Assembly: GCA_963833575.1 (NCBI GenBank)
Contig: CAWHXY010000005.1
Location: 46,005 to 110,004 of the forward strand
Direction of reading: 5' to 3'
Origin: Candidatus Bathyarchaeota archaeon
GTDB lineage: Archaea > Thermoproteota > Bathyarchaeia > Bathyarchaeales > Bathycorpusculaceae
DNA length: 64,000 nucleotides
Shown piece after piece: positions 1-10,038 of this stretch (the stretch's first letter is position 1; every line of letters starts with the position of its first letter). The notes under the pieces were generated by a model. It had not been told where the DNA came from and did not search any database. It saw only the letters and a program-made list of their open reading frames with translations. The position numbers were made by a program, and so were the translations under genes.

Positions 1-131
1 CCCTTTAATCTCCTCTTCTTTAATAGAAATTTAATTCATTAAGTTGAAATTCCATTTAAGAATAATAAAATGGTTTGCGTCAAATTAATAGACAATACTT
101 TTAAGTTATCTGCTCCTTAAAACCAGTTTGA

Positions 132-656
132 GTGCCCGTAATGAAAGTAAGAATAATAAAACTAACTCCAGAGCGCCTTATCGAATTATTGCAAGGAAAA
201 GCTATTTCCTTCGTTTCCAACCTTCCAAGTGACGCTGAACTTTTAGATTTAAAATTTGATTTATTTTCAAAACAAGTGCTTGCGGTAGTTAGAAGCAACA
301 GTTTTGATGATATTGCCGAATCATACCCCTTTCCAGAGTACAACCTAACAGGAAATATAGACTCTAAAATTGCACCTAAGCCAAATGTTACAGTCAAAGC
401 GGAACCCAAGCCCGAAGTTAAAATCGCAGTTGCAAGTACGGTTCAACAAAATAAAACAGCAATCAACATGGAAAATGAGTTTAGTCCAGATCAGCGCAAA
501 GTTCTCAGTTTCACAGTTAAGGGCGACTACGTAATAGTAAAGCCTATTCAGTTTTTGAAGGCTGAATGGGATGACATCAATGAGATTGTCCGAAGTTTAG
601 GCGGCAAATGGGTAAAAGGTGACATAATCAGCTATTGGGAAATCCCTCTTCAATAG
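132..656 (+). CDS. hypothetical protein
   Basis: 174-aa ORF with plausible composition and a P/K/V-rich linker; no family recognised. Confidence 0.6.
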   Translation: MPVMKVRIIKLTPERLIELLQGKAISFVSNLPSDAELLDLKFDLFSKQVLAVVRSNSFDDIAESYPFPEYNLTGNIDSKIAPKPNVTVKAEPKPEVKIAVASTVQQNKTAINMENEFSPDQRKVLSFTVKGDYVIVKPIQFLKAEWDDINEIVRSLGGKWVKGDIISYWEIPLQ

Positions 657-723
657 TTGGAGTTGATTTGGGGAAAATTCTTTAAAGAAGATAACGCTTA
701 AACACCATAAGGGATGTATCAGG

Positions 724-1083
724 ATGGAAAAAACCGATAAACCTCTAACTCGAGATGCACTAGTTTCGATGCAAGTCATAGATTCAAAAGGGCGATCTTT
801 GGGGAAAGTGAAAGACGTAGTCTTTGAAGTAGGGAAATTAGGCATTTCATTGTCAGTTGAAAACGAGGATGGGGAAATCCAAACAGTTCAATGGAACGAT
901 ATTCAGGCAGCTTCAGATTTTATAATCATGAAACCTCAGGGTCAAAGCGTCACTGAAGAGCCAGCACAACAGAGAGTTTCCAAGGAAAAAACTGTGCCCA
1001 TTTGTCCTTCATGCGGTAAACCTCTTACATGGATTCCGCAGTACAAAAGATGGTATTGCTACAACGACAAAAAATACGTTTAA
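724..1083 (+). CDS. PRC-barrel domain protein with C-terminal zinc ribbon
   Basis: VIDSKGRSLGKVKDVVF PRC-barrel motif; C-terminal CPSC...WYCYND. Confidence 0.75.
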   Translation: MEKTDKPLTRDALVSMQVIDSKGRSLGKVKDVVFEVGKLGISLSVENEDGEIQTVQWNDIQAASDFIIMKPQGQSVTEEPAQQRVSKEKTVPICPSCGKPLTWIPQYKRWYCYNDKKYV

Positions 1084-1111
1084 CTTACCATCAAACGTTT
1101 ATTTTTTTGAT

Positions 1112-1744
1112 TTATCCTGTTTCATTTGTCATGGATTTTTCTAATTTAGTGATTGTCCCATTTTTTCCAAGACGCAGCTGTTTCTCCCCTTTGAAACTGG
1201 CGACATGCGCATTCCTAACTTCAATATGATCACCCATTGAAACGGCATTTACCTGTTGATCCCAGAGGCAAAGCATGACTTTTCCAGTTTCATCACCTAT
1301 CCAAGCATTAGAAACAAGAGCATTATCTCTAAATTGCGTATGGACTTTAGACGGCTCAGACGTCTCCAACACTTCTGCAATTACATTTATCTTTTTCATT
1401 CCAACGTTTAAATTCTCTATTTTAATGTGCGATGGTGTTGGGGTTTGCTTTGCTATTTCTTTGCGGACTCTACTGGTGTCCATTGAATTATCGAATGAAA
1501 CATTTGTTTTTGACAATGTTTCCTCGGGAACTCGGAATTGTGATACAACGTTGTTCTCTTTCTTAATCAAAAAAATGGCTTGTTCGTTTACGCTTCCTCT
1601 ATATTCGACGGTTAAATCTTCGCATATCGATTTGCCATGTTCTTTAGCTTGAATTAAGGAGTTAAAGAGTTCAGTCGGGTAAATGTTATGCTGCGCTGAG
1701 ATAAAGGCAAGCTGGTCTTCAAGCGTCGGCTTTTTTGGTTTCAC
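1112..1744 (-). CDS. OB-fold ssDNA-binding (SSB/RPA-like) protein with N-terminal extension
   Basis: C-terminal KIENL...IGDETGKVMLCLWD...GDHIEVRNAHV..FKGEKQLRLG is typical of archaeal SSB; start moved to GTG 1744 downstream of GGAGG. Confidence 0.8.
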   Translation of the reverse strand: MKPKKPTLEDQLAFISAQHNIYPTELFNSLIQAKEHGKSICEDLTVEYRGSVNEQAIFLIKKENNVVSQFRVPEETLSKTNVSFDNSMDTSRVRKEIAKQTPTPSHIKIENLNVGMKKINVIAEVLETSEPSKVHTQFRDNALVSNAWIGDETGKVMLCLWDQQVNAVSMGDHIEVRNAHVASFKGEKQLRLGKNGTITKLEKSMTNETG

Positions 1745-1999
1745 AGTGTTTATGCTCCTCCAATAGCGAATTATCTTGAAAAAGGAAACGTTAGGTATCA
1801 AAATTTACTTTTTCTCGATTAATTCTGACATTTAAATATTACAATAATAAGTATATAGGTTTAGCTGCAAAAAGACAATTTATTTCTTGTGAAAGAACCA
1901 AAAATTTGACGAATCAAGAATTACTTCCAAAAAGGAAAAAAACTAGGCTTCACAATAAACTATTAGAAAAATTTTAAATCTGCTTTTTGGAGCACTTTT

Positions 2000-2893
2000 A
2001 TGGAAGAACTAAAAGAACTAACAAAAGTAAAACTTAAAAATTTGGACAAAATTTTCTACCCAAAAATTAGTGTTAACAAAGCACAAGTTATTGAGTATTA
2101 TATCAAGATGGCTCCTAAAATACTCCCTGTAATAGCAAACAGGCCATTAGTTTTAACTAGATACCCTGAAGGTGTAGCTGGGGGGGCAGTCAGCTTTTTT
2201 GAAAAAAATGCTCCAGAAGGAAAGCCTGATTGGGTTAAGACAAAAACCATTTACTCGCCAACGTCCAAACGAGATGTCCACTATATCGTTTGCAATGATC
2301 TGGATACTCTAATCTGGCTTGCAAACATAGCAGCCATAGAAATTCACATGCCCTTCTCCCAAATTGATTCTTTAGAAAAGCCGGACCTACTATTTTTTGA
2401 TGTTGACCCTGAACCTCCAGCCACATTGAGTGACGCTGCAGAAGTCTCATTGTTGCTAAAGGAAAAACTTCTCGATTTAGGGCTAACACCATTCATTAAA
2501 ACTTCAGGCAAAAAAGGGTTTCATGTGGTAATTCCAATTATTCCAGACCACTCGTTTGAAGAAATAAGAGATTTTGTACATAAAATAGGCATTGACTTAG
2601 CAAAAGAAAGCAACATTGTCGTTTCCGAATTCAGAGACACAAAGAAACCAGGCAAAGTTTTCGCTGATTACCTCCAGAATTCACCTTTACGAACAATGGT
2701 TGTTCCTTATAGTTTACGGCCAACGCCTCAAGCAACTGTTTCAACACCTTTGGACTGGGGTGAAGTAAAGAAAGGAATAAACCCTTCCGACTTCACTATT
2801 TTTAATGTAGCAGATCGGAAAAGTGATCCGTGGAAAAGTATTTTTGAAAAAAAATGTAAACTGGAGATTCAATTATGGAACAAGAAGATGTAG
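2000..2893 (+). CDS. ligD: NHEJ primase-polymerase (stand-alone LigD POL domain, AEP family)
   Basis: RPLVLTRYPEG, FFEKN, DVDP, KTSGKKGFHV, DYLQN, PYSLR, VSTPLDW motifs. Confidence 0.92.
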   Translation: MEELKELTKVKLKNLDKIFYPKISVNKAQVIEYYIKMAPKILPVIANRPLVLTRYPEGVAGGAVSFFEKNAPEGKPDWVKTKTIYSPTSKRDVHYIVCNDLDTLIWLANIAAIEIHMPFSQIDSLEKPDLLFFDVDPEPPATLSDAAEVSLLLKEKLLDLGLTPFIKTSGKKGFHVVIPIIPDHSFEEIRDFVHKIGIDLAKESNIVVSEFRDTKKPGKVFADYLQNSPLRTMVVPYSLRPTPQATVSTPLDWGEVKKGINPSDFTIFNVADRKSDPWKSIFEKKCKLEIQLWNKKM

Positions 2894-3708
2894 AAGAAAC
2901 TTCGGAACTGGATAATAATAAAGTCAGCGCTCCCGCCCCTAGACGGTCTATTTGGTCAGGAAGCGTAACAATCGGGTTAGTTAATGTTCCTGTCAAGCTG
3001 TATTCAATGATTTATGACCGAGGCGTAAGATTTCATTTTTTACACAGCATAGACGGCCAACCTCTTAAGTACGTCAAGATGTGCACAAAAGATGACAAAA
3101 TCGTACCTTGGAATGAAGTAGTTCGAGGCTATGAAGTTTCAAAAAATGAATTTGTAACTATAGAAAAAAAAGATTTGGATGCTGCAAAACCTGAATCAGA
3201 CAATAGAATTAGGATCAGAAAATTCGTTGATTATTTCTCAGTTGACCCCATATACTTTGACAAAACCTACGCTCTGATGCCTGACAAAAACAAAGAAGCT
3301 TACGGCTTGCTTTTAACGGCGCTTGAGAAAAAAAATAAAGCAGGCGCTGGACGCATAACCCTTCGAACAAAAGAATACCCCGCGCTACTTCACACATACA
3401 AAGGCGCATTGGTTTTAACAACACTTCGTTATGGCTATGATGTTGTTGATCCACGGGATTTTGAGGAAGTTCACAAGCTCAAAGAGCCAGAAAAATCCGA
3501 ATTAGACCTAGCCGTAAAAATAGTTACTGACCTTTCAGGAGACTTTGATATTTCAGAATTTGAAGACACATACATGAAAAGAGTTGAAGAACTTATAGCT
3601 CAAAAAGTGAAAGGCGAAAAAATTCACATTGAAAAGCCTCCAGAAGTAGAAGCTAAAGGTCTCATGGTTGCCCTACGCGAAACTCTCAAGCAGTTGGAAC
3701 AGAAATGA
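2875..3708 (+). CDS. ku: NHEJ DNA end-binding protein Ku
   Basis: RSIWSGSVTIGLVNVPVKLY, VDPIYFDKTY, D-x-Y...ELI..K motifs. Confidence 0.95.
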   Translation: MEQEDVEETSELDNNKVSAPAPRRSIWSGSVTIGLVNVPVKLYSMIYDRGVRFHFLHSIDGQPLKYVKMCTKDDKIVPWNEVVRGYEVSKNEFVTIEKKDLDAAKPESDNRIRIRKFVDYFSVDPIYFDKTYALMPDKNKEAYGLLLTALEKKNKAGAGRITLRTKEYPALLHTYKGALVLTTLRYGYDVVDPRDFEEVHKLKEPEKSELDLAVKIVTDLSGDFDISEFEDTYMKRVEELIAQKVKGEKIHIEKPPEVEAKGLMVALRETLKQLEQK

Positions 3709-5135
3709 GTCATCATATCTACAAGCCTATGCTTGCAAAAGTTGCCCCCGATGCTTTTACAGATAAAGATTGGATATTTGAAATTAAATGGGACGGTTTC
3801 CGAGCCATCTCTTATGTTGACCAAGGGTTTAGCGTAAAAAGCCGCAATGGAAAGGAATTAAAACATAACTTTCCTGAACTTTCAGAACTAAAAAAGTTAG
3901 CTGGGAACATAGTTGTGGATGGCGAAATTGTTGTTATGCGCGACGGCAAGCCTGATTTCCAAACTTTACTGGAACGTGGTCAAGTAGTTTCTACTGGAGA
4001 AATCCAAAAGCAAACCCAACTGGCGCCCGCAACATATATTGTGTTTGATATTTTAGAAAAAGATGGAAAATCGTTGACTAAGTTGCCGTTGCTTGAGCGG
4101 AAAGAAATTTTGAAAGATTCTTTGAAAGAGAGTTCACACGTACTTCTTTCTGATTTTATTGAGGAGAAAGGTGAAGCTTATTATCAACTTGTGCTGGAGA
4201 AGGGCTTGGAAGGTGTGATGGCGAAGAAAAAGGATAGTCTATATGAGGAAGGTTTACGAACTGGAAGTTGGTTGAAAATTAAGAAATTAAAAACTTGTGA
4301 CTGCGTAATTTTTGGGTACACGTTGGGAACACAATCGAGAGGAAAAACTTTTGGTGCATTACTTTTAGGTCTATACGATAAGGATAGCAAACCAGTTTAT
4401 GTGGGTAAGGTTGGAACTGGATTCACTGGAAAAATGTTGGGATTTCTAATGTATAAGTTTGACAAATTAAAAGCAGATGTCGCACCTTTTATGCCAGAAG
4501 CCGGCGATAAGGTAACTTGGCTAGTTCCAAGGCTGGTTTGTGAAGTTGCTTATCAAGTTGTGACAAAGCATTTGAGGTTAAGAATGCCTCGTTTTAAAGG
4601 TTTACGAGATGATAAGTCGCCACAAGAATGCACAGTTGACCAAATAGTAGAAAACAAAAAAATGGATAAATCCGTAGGCGACAACCTCTCAGAGTATGAG
4701 TCAAAACGTAATTTTCAGCAGACTCCTGAGCCAGCTGGCGGAGAGAAAAAAGGCGAAAATCTAATTTTTGTTGTGCAAGAACATCATGCTCGACGACTTC
4801 ATTACGACTTAAGGTTGGAAAAAGACGGTGTTTTGAAAAGTTGGGCCGTTCCAAAAGGAATCCCTGAAACGTCTGCGCAGCGATATCTGGCAGTGGAGAC
4901 AGAAGATCATCCGTATGAGTACGCTAGTTTTGAAGGTTCAATTCCGCAAGGACAATATGGCGCTGGGACAGTAAAAATCTGGGATAAAGGACATTACGAA
5001 ACCAAGTTTTGGGACGAAAACAAAATTGAAGTTACGCTTAACGGCCAGAAGCTTAAAGGACGATATATTTTGGTATGGCTAAAAAGAGCTAAAGGCAAAG
5101 GGAAAAATTGGCTACTGTTCAAGGGTAAGGAATAA
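3705..5135 (+). CDS. ligD: ATP-dependent DNA ligase fused to C-terminal LigD 3'-phosphoesterase domain
   Basis: EIKWDG adenylation motif, EGVMAK, WLKIK, VGKVGTG, LRMPRF; then YESKRNF..TPEP, VVQEHHARRLHYDLRLE, SWAVPKG, EDHP, GQYGAG. Confidence 0.93.
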   Translation: MSHHIYKPMLAKVAPDAFTDKDWIFEIKWDGFRAISYVDQGFSVKSRNGKELKHNFPELSELKKLAGNIVVDGEIVVMRDGKPDFQTLLERGQVVSTGEIQKQTQLAPATYIVFDILEKDGKSLTKLPLLERKEILKDSLKESSHVLLSDFIEEKGEAYYQLVLEKGLEGVMAKKKDSLYEEGLRTGSWLKIKKLKTCDCVIFGYTLGTQSRGKTFGALLLGLYDKDSKPVYVGKVGTGFTGKMLGFLMYKFDKLKADVAPFMPEAGDKVTWLVPRLVCEVAYQVVTKHLRLRMPRFKGLRDDKSPQECTVDQIVENKKMDKSVGDNLSEYESKRNFQQTPEPAGGEKKGENLIFVVQEHHARRLHYDLRLEKDGVLKSWAVPKGIPETSAQRYLAVETEDHPYEYASFEGSIPQGQYGAGTVKIWDKGHYETKFWDENKIEVTLNGQKLKGRYILVWLKRAKGKGKNWLLFKGKE

Positions 5136-5136
5136 T

Positions 5137-5880
5137 ATGCTTTCTTTTCATTTAGGAACGATAGGTTGGAGCTACACTTTCTGGAAAGGCAATTTTTACC
5201 CATACAAGACTGCTTCCAGGGATTTTTTGTCTTATTACGCGACCAAATTTGACACAGTTGAAGTTGACAGCACATTCTATAGAATCCCAACAGAGCAAGC
5301 CATAACCAACTGGAAAAATCAAACGCCAAAAAACTTCCTGTTTTCCCTCAAATTCCCCCGCATAATAACTCACATCAAAATGCTTAAAGATTGTGAGCGT
5401 GAAACTAACATTTTTCTTGAAAGAACAAAATTGCTTGAAGAAAAACTTGGGGCTTTGCTACTGCAGTTTCCCCCAACTTTTGGAATTAATCACTTAAATG
5501 ATTTGAACGATTTCTTGCGTAAACTTCCTATACAGAACCGTTATGTGGTTGAGGTCCGAGACGAAGCGTTCAACAAGGAAGAGTTTTATTCAGTTTTAAG
5601 AGCTAACAATGTTGCTTTAGCGTGGGTTGACAGCCCCAATATGCCTCAGCTTGAAGAAGTAACTTCTGATTTTTTATATGTTAGATGGGAAGGTGACCGA
5701 AGCAAAGTTAAAGGTACTTTGGGCAAAATAGAAGCTGATATCGAAGAGAGCTTGAAGATATGGGCAAACAAACTAAAGCCTTTCCTGAACCATCAAAGAC
5801 ATCTTTTCGGCTACTTCGGCAAATATTACTCAGGGTACCCTCCTTCAGACATATATTCGCTTTTAAAGCTCTTAGCTTAA
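5137..5880 (+). CDS. DUF72 family protein
   Basis: GTIGWSY..W.G.FYP, FDTVEVDSTFY, LLQFPP, YVRWEG; starts 1 nt after the ligase stop. Confidence 0.88.
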   Translation: MLSFHLGTIGWSYTFWKGNFYPYKTASRDFLSYYATKFDTVEVDSTFYRIPTEQAITNWKNQTPKNFLFSLKFPRIITHIKMLKDCERETNIFLERTKLLEEKLGALLLQFPPTFGINHLNDLNDFLRKLPIQNRYVVEVRDEAFNKEEFYSVLRANNVALAWVDSPNMPQLEEVTSDFLYVRWEGDRSKVKGTLGKIEADIEESLKIWANKLKPFLNHQRHLFGYFGKYYSGYPPSDIYSLLKLLA

Positions 5881-5917
5881 TACTATTTTACAATAAGAAA
5901 CCTTGGAGCAGAAAAAT

Positions 5918-6532
5918 ATGTTTTTTAAACAGATTCAACAGCACGGCGACAACTTTTCCTATGTAATAGCCGATGAAAAAGCAAAAGAAGCTGCAGTAGT
6001 AGATTCAAGCTTTAACTCAAGTGCAATAATTGAGCTTCTAAAAAATAATAAATTCAATTTGAAATACGTAATAAACACCCATGGACATTCAGACCATACC
6101 GCTGGTAACGATGAATTAACTTCTGCTTTTGGCGCGAAAATAGTTGCGTATAACGTGTCAAAGGTTAACTTTGATATTGCAGTGTCGGACGGAGACGTAT
6201 TGACTGTTGGCAAAATCTCGTTAAAAGTTATTTACACTCCTGGCCATACAATAGACAGTATTTGCTTGCTGGTCGACAACAAGAAACTGTTAACTGGTGA
6301 CACTTTATTTGTTGGCGAATGTGGAAGAACAGACTTTTCAGGGGGCAACACCAAAAGCATGTATGACAGCTTGTTTAATAAATTGTCAAAAATAAATGAT
6401 GATGTGGAAGTTTACCCAGGCCACGATTATGGCGTCAAGCCTTCTTCAACTATAGGTGAAGAAAAAAAATCAAATTATACATTGCAGCCCAGAAGCATCG
6501 AAGGTTTTATTGACTTTATGAATTCTCCTTAG
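5918..6532 (+). CDS. MBL-fold metallo-hydrolase (glyoxalase II/persulfide dioxygenase-like)
   Basis: THGHSDH, TPGHT, TGDTLF, PGHDY; ATG 5918 after GGAG (TTG 5903 is an alternative start). Confidence 0.88.
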   Translation: MFFKQIQQHGDNFSYVIADEKAKEAAVVDSSFNSSAIIELLKNNKFNLKYVINTHGHSDHTAGNDELTSAFGAKIVAYNVSKVNFDIAVSDGDVLTVGKISLKVIYTPGHTIDSICLLVDNKKLLTGDTLFVGECGRTDFSGGNTKSMYDSLFNKLSKINDDVEVYPGHDYGVKPSSTIGEEKKSNYTLQPRSIEGFIDFMNSP

Positions 6533-6901
6533 GTCATTTGTTTATGCTTCCAGTTGATAAGTTTCATGATTTCTTTTTCATGCCAATAACGCTCTAATTT
6601 GGTTGAATTTCATTTCCGTATTCACAAAATGAATCTGGTTTATTCAGATACTTTTTTATGGAGTCGTTCTAACCTATAGCTTAATAACTATCCGTTCAAT
6701 AGGTGAACAAAACTTAAAAGGTATAAATACGCATAAGTGAGCTGTAGTTGAAATGCTTTCGTCTCTGGTGGCAAAGCCCGTTTTGCTAAATTTAAAGGCT
6801 ATTCTCCGCTTCTGGGTAAATGCTTTATCAGAGATATTTTATGCAGTCCAATCCATCAAACCGATATTTTTAGTGCTTGGAAAATCAATTGAGGCTAGTA
6901 A

Positions 6902-8146
6902 ATGATAATTACAGATGTAATTTCGTTTATTTTGCTTTCAATTCTGCTGTTTTGGACTGTCTACAACGGCTCAATTATTTACGTTGGTGTAAGAAGCAGA
7001 CGTAAGCTTGCTGTTGCCTATGCTGAAAATACTGAAGTTCCAAAGTTTTCCATTATCGTGCCAACTAAGGATGAAGAACTAGTTATTAGTCGTTGCTTAA
7101 CAGGCCTTCTTGATTTGGATTATCCTAAAGAAAAAATGGAAATAATTGTCGTTGATGGAAATTCCACGGATGAAACACGCAATATATGTTCAAGATTCGC
7201 GCAGAAATATGGAGATATAATTAAGGTGGTTAATGAAGAAGAATCAAAAGGTAAACCTGCGGCTCTAAATCTTGCAATGCATTATGTGACAGGTGAGATC
7301 GTTGGAGTTTTTGACGCTGACAGCGTTCCTGAAAAAGATGTTCTAAAGAAGGTAGCATCACGCTTTATCGATAAACAGGTAATGGCCGTTCAAGGAAGAA
7401 CTACCTCGCTAAACGAAAAAAATAACATATTAACACGCGTTATCTCATCCGAAGAGAAAGCTTGGTTCCAAGCGCTGCTTAGCGGAAGAGAACACTTGCA
7501 ATTATTCATTCCATTAAATGGAAGTTGCCAATTTATTCGTCGCAACATCTTAGAAGAGATGGATGGGTGGGATGAAAATTCGCTTACAGAAGACGTAGAA
7601 CTAGCACTACGTCTCGTTGAGAAAAAGCACTTAATAAGATATGCAGCTGAAGTCTGTTCGAGACAAGAAACACCGAACGGTTTGAAGGACTTGGTCAAGC
7701 AGCGGGTCCGTTGGTATAGAGGCTACATGGAGACGGCACTAAAATATGGGCGACTTCTCGACAGTCTAAACAAAAGAACAGTAGATGCAGAAATTTCCAT
7801 GGCTGGACCCTTCATGATGGTTGTCTCATTGCTCAGCTACATAAATTGGTTCTTTATCATGTTATTCTTTTCATCAACCAATCCAATAATTGGGTTCACC
7901 GGAATAGTGATAGCCTTAACAGCAGTCTCACTATTTTCAATTGGAATTGGATTAACCGCATCTGAGAAACCTATTAAACTTAGAAATCTTTTCTGGATAC
8001 CATCAATTTACATTTATTGGCTGCTTCAAATGTGCATTGCAGGATGGGCTTTCCTAAAATTAATATTTAGAAGCAAAAGAGTCTGGAGTAAAACAATCAA
8101 AAAGGGCTTCGTTACATCAAGTTCAGGACAGACTTTGCCTCTGTAA
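6902..8146 (+). CDS. GT2 glycosyltransferase, processive/cellulose-synthase-like, membrane-bound
   Basis: DAD, TED and QRVRW motifs; N- and C-terminal TM segments. Confidence 0.88.
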   Translation: MIITDVISFILLSILLFWTVYNGSIIYVGVRSRRKLAVAYAENTEVPKFSIIVPTKDEELVISRCLTGLLDLDYPKEKMEIIVVDGNSTDETRNICSRFAQKYGDIIKVVNEEESKGKPAALNLAMHYVTGEIVGVFDADSVPEKDVLKKVASRFIDKQVMAVQGRTTSLNEKNNILTRVISSEEKAWFQALLSGREHLQLFIPLNGSCQFIRRNILEEMDGWDENSLTEDVELALRLVEKKHLIRYAAEVCSRQETPNGLKDLVKQRVRWYRGYMETALKYGRLLDSLNKRTVDAEISMAGPFMMVVSLLSYINWFFIMLFFSSTNPIIGFTGIVIALTAVSLFSIGIGLTASEKPIKLRNLFWIPSIYIYWLLQMCIAGWAFLKLIFRSKRVWSKTIKKGFVTSSSGQTLPL

Positions 8147-8336
8147 ATTAACGGCACTAAATTATTTATTCTAACAATCCTATTTCATAGTTCAACTCTA
8201 AAACAAATAACCGTAGACTTTTGATAATCTTCTTGCCGAAATATCCATCTTTTTACAGGCGCAAGGCATTTTAGGCATGCAACCAAAGTTTAATAATCTA
8301 AGTCTATAAATTGCATGAAGCTTTGGAGAATAAAAA

Positions 8337-9863
8337 TTGGTTGATGTTCTTAATCGTAATCCATTAAAGGATTTGATTAGTCAAAATCGGGATATTATTT
8401 TACTCGTTCTTGCATTTCTTATACCGCTATTTGTAAGGACGATACCCGAGATTTTAATGGGTCCTTACATCATCGGCTTCGATACCTTGGGCTTTTATGT
8501 TCCAAACGCTCTTCTTTGGCTACATGGCGGTTTAAGTTTATGGGGATTTCTTTCAGTCGCGCCTCTATTCTACGCGATCTTTATGTCATTAGTTGCTATT
8601 GGCGCATCGCCAGTCTTTGTGCTTAAGATAATTTCGCCATTGTTGCTCGGTTTCTTAGGATTGTCAATTTTTGTATATGCCAAGAAAGGTTTGTGTTGGT
8701 CGTCTCCAAAGAGTACATTTGTTGCTCTTTTAGGAACACTTTATTTTGTAGCTTTAAGAGCCTCTTGGGATCAACTTCGAGAAGAAACCGGTTTGGTTTT
8801 GTTTTTTGTTGTCCTTACATTATTGGTCATCAATCGGAAAGGTAATTCTTGGAAAAGCTATGTTCTCCTTTCTTTAGCGATGATGGCAGTGGTTTTATCT
8901 CATCAGCTTATCTCAGTTCTCATGTTTGGTGTAGTTATTTCTATAGTTGCTTATGGTTTGCATTGTAAGGATTTTGTTAGATCAATTGATCTGATTTTGT
9001 GTTCTTTGCCTGCCGAGATTTATTTTATCATAGTTTATTTAAGTGGTGTAGCACAGTCTGGTATTCTTGGTTACTCAACAAACGCATCACCTTTAGCCAC
9101 TTGGACCGGTTTTGCTTCCTATCAATCCATGTTGATAAGTGAAGGAGGGTTCTTTTTATATTGTTTTTTACCTTTGCTACCATTACTGGTGATTGGACTT
9201 TGGAGATTTGGGAATCTTCAGCTTAGGTCATGGTTACTTTTGAGTTTTATTTTGTTGCTTGTTCCACTTGGTTCTGTAAGTCCTTATCGTTGGGTCTTAT
9301 TGCTTACATTTCCATTTGCCTTCTTTACAACGGACTGTCTTAGCAAGCTTAAGTCAATTAAATGGAAGCGTTTCAAGTTAACCATTCATAAAATTGCAGT
9401 ATTGTACCTTGTCTTGTCAACGAGTATTCTTAGCTTTGGCTTCATTTTTATGACTTCTGAAAACCCTTTTTTTTACTTTAATCCAAACTATCTTAATAAA
9501 TTCGAATATCAAATTCCCACATCAATGTTGCAGAATACGATTTCGATAATCGATTGTCATGACACAGTCAAGACATTGGAGTGGTACAGAGATAACACAA
9601 ATGGCAATGCAATTTTGCTTACGCATACAGTATTTTATGGTTGGGCATTGCTAACACTGAATGAGACTCAGATTAAGAACTACGGATTTGACAATCCAGT
9701 TGATGCCATGACAGCAGCCGCTAAAGGAGGCAATGCGGAGCTATATCTTATATGGTGGACAAATGGTCAAGGCTGGTATGCACAGCCGACTTTGCCGCCT
9801 TCTTTTCATGAAGTTTTCCAAAGTGGAAGGATTGCAATTTATGACTATAACTCAAGTGCCTGA
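8337..9863 (+). CDS. polytopic membrane protein, possible GT-C glycosyltransferase
   Basis: Many TM helices, GFD motif in first loop, soluble C-terminal domain; glycan-locus context. Confidence 0.6.
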   Translation: MVDVLNRNPLKDLISQNRDIILLVLAFLIPLFVRTIPEILMGPYIIGFDTLGFYVPNALLWLHGGLSLWGFLSVAPLFYAIFMSLVAIGASPVFVLKIISPLLLGFLGLSIFVYAKKGLCWSSPKSTFVALLGTLYFVALRASWDQLREETGLVLFFVVLTLLVINRKGNSWKSYVLLSLAMMAVVLSHQLISVLMFGVVISIVAYGLHCKDFVRSIDLILCSLPAEIYFIIVYLSGVAQSGILGYSTNASPLATWTGFASYQSMLISEGGFFLYCFLPLLPLLVIGLWRFGNLQLRSWLLLSFILLLVPLGSVSPYRWVLLLTFPFAFFTTDCLSKLKSIKWKRFKLTIHKIAVLYLVLSTSILSFGFIFMTSENPFFYFNPNYLNKFEYQIPTSMLQNTISIIDCHDTVKTLEWYRDNTNGNAILLTHTVFYGWALLTLNETQIKNYGFDNPVDAMTAAAKGGNAELYLIWWTNGQGWYAQPTLPPSFHEVFQSGRIAIYDYNSSA

Positions 9864-10038
9864 AGCCTTCAGAATTGCTAATTTTAAGAAGGCGTAATTC
9901 ATGGGAAAAATTTGATCCATTTCTTTTCATTTTGCTCTAAATCTCAAGGAAGATAATTCCAATTTGTATGAATAATTCATAAATACTTACAAAACTGGCT
10001 ATACTAAATACAACGGCATGTAATAAGGAAACAAAATA

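Noticed and set aside
5918-6532. MBL protein as an Artemis/beta-CASP NHEJ nuclease
   Set aside because: About 205 aa with glyoxalase II-type motifs and no beta-CASP domain.
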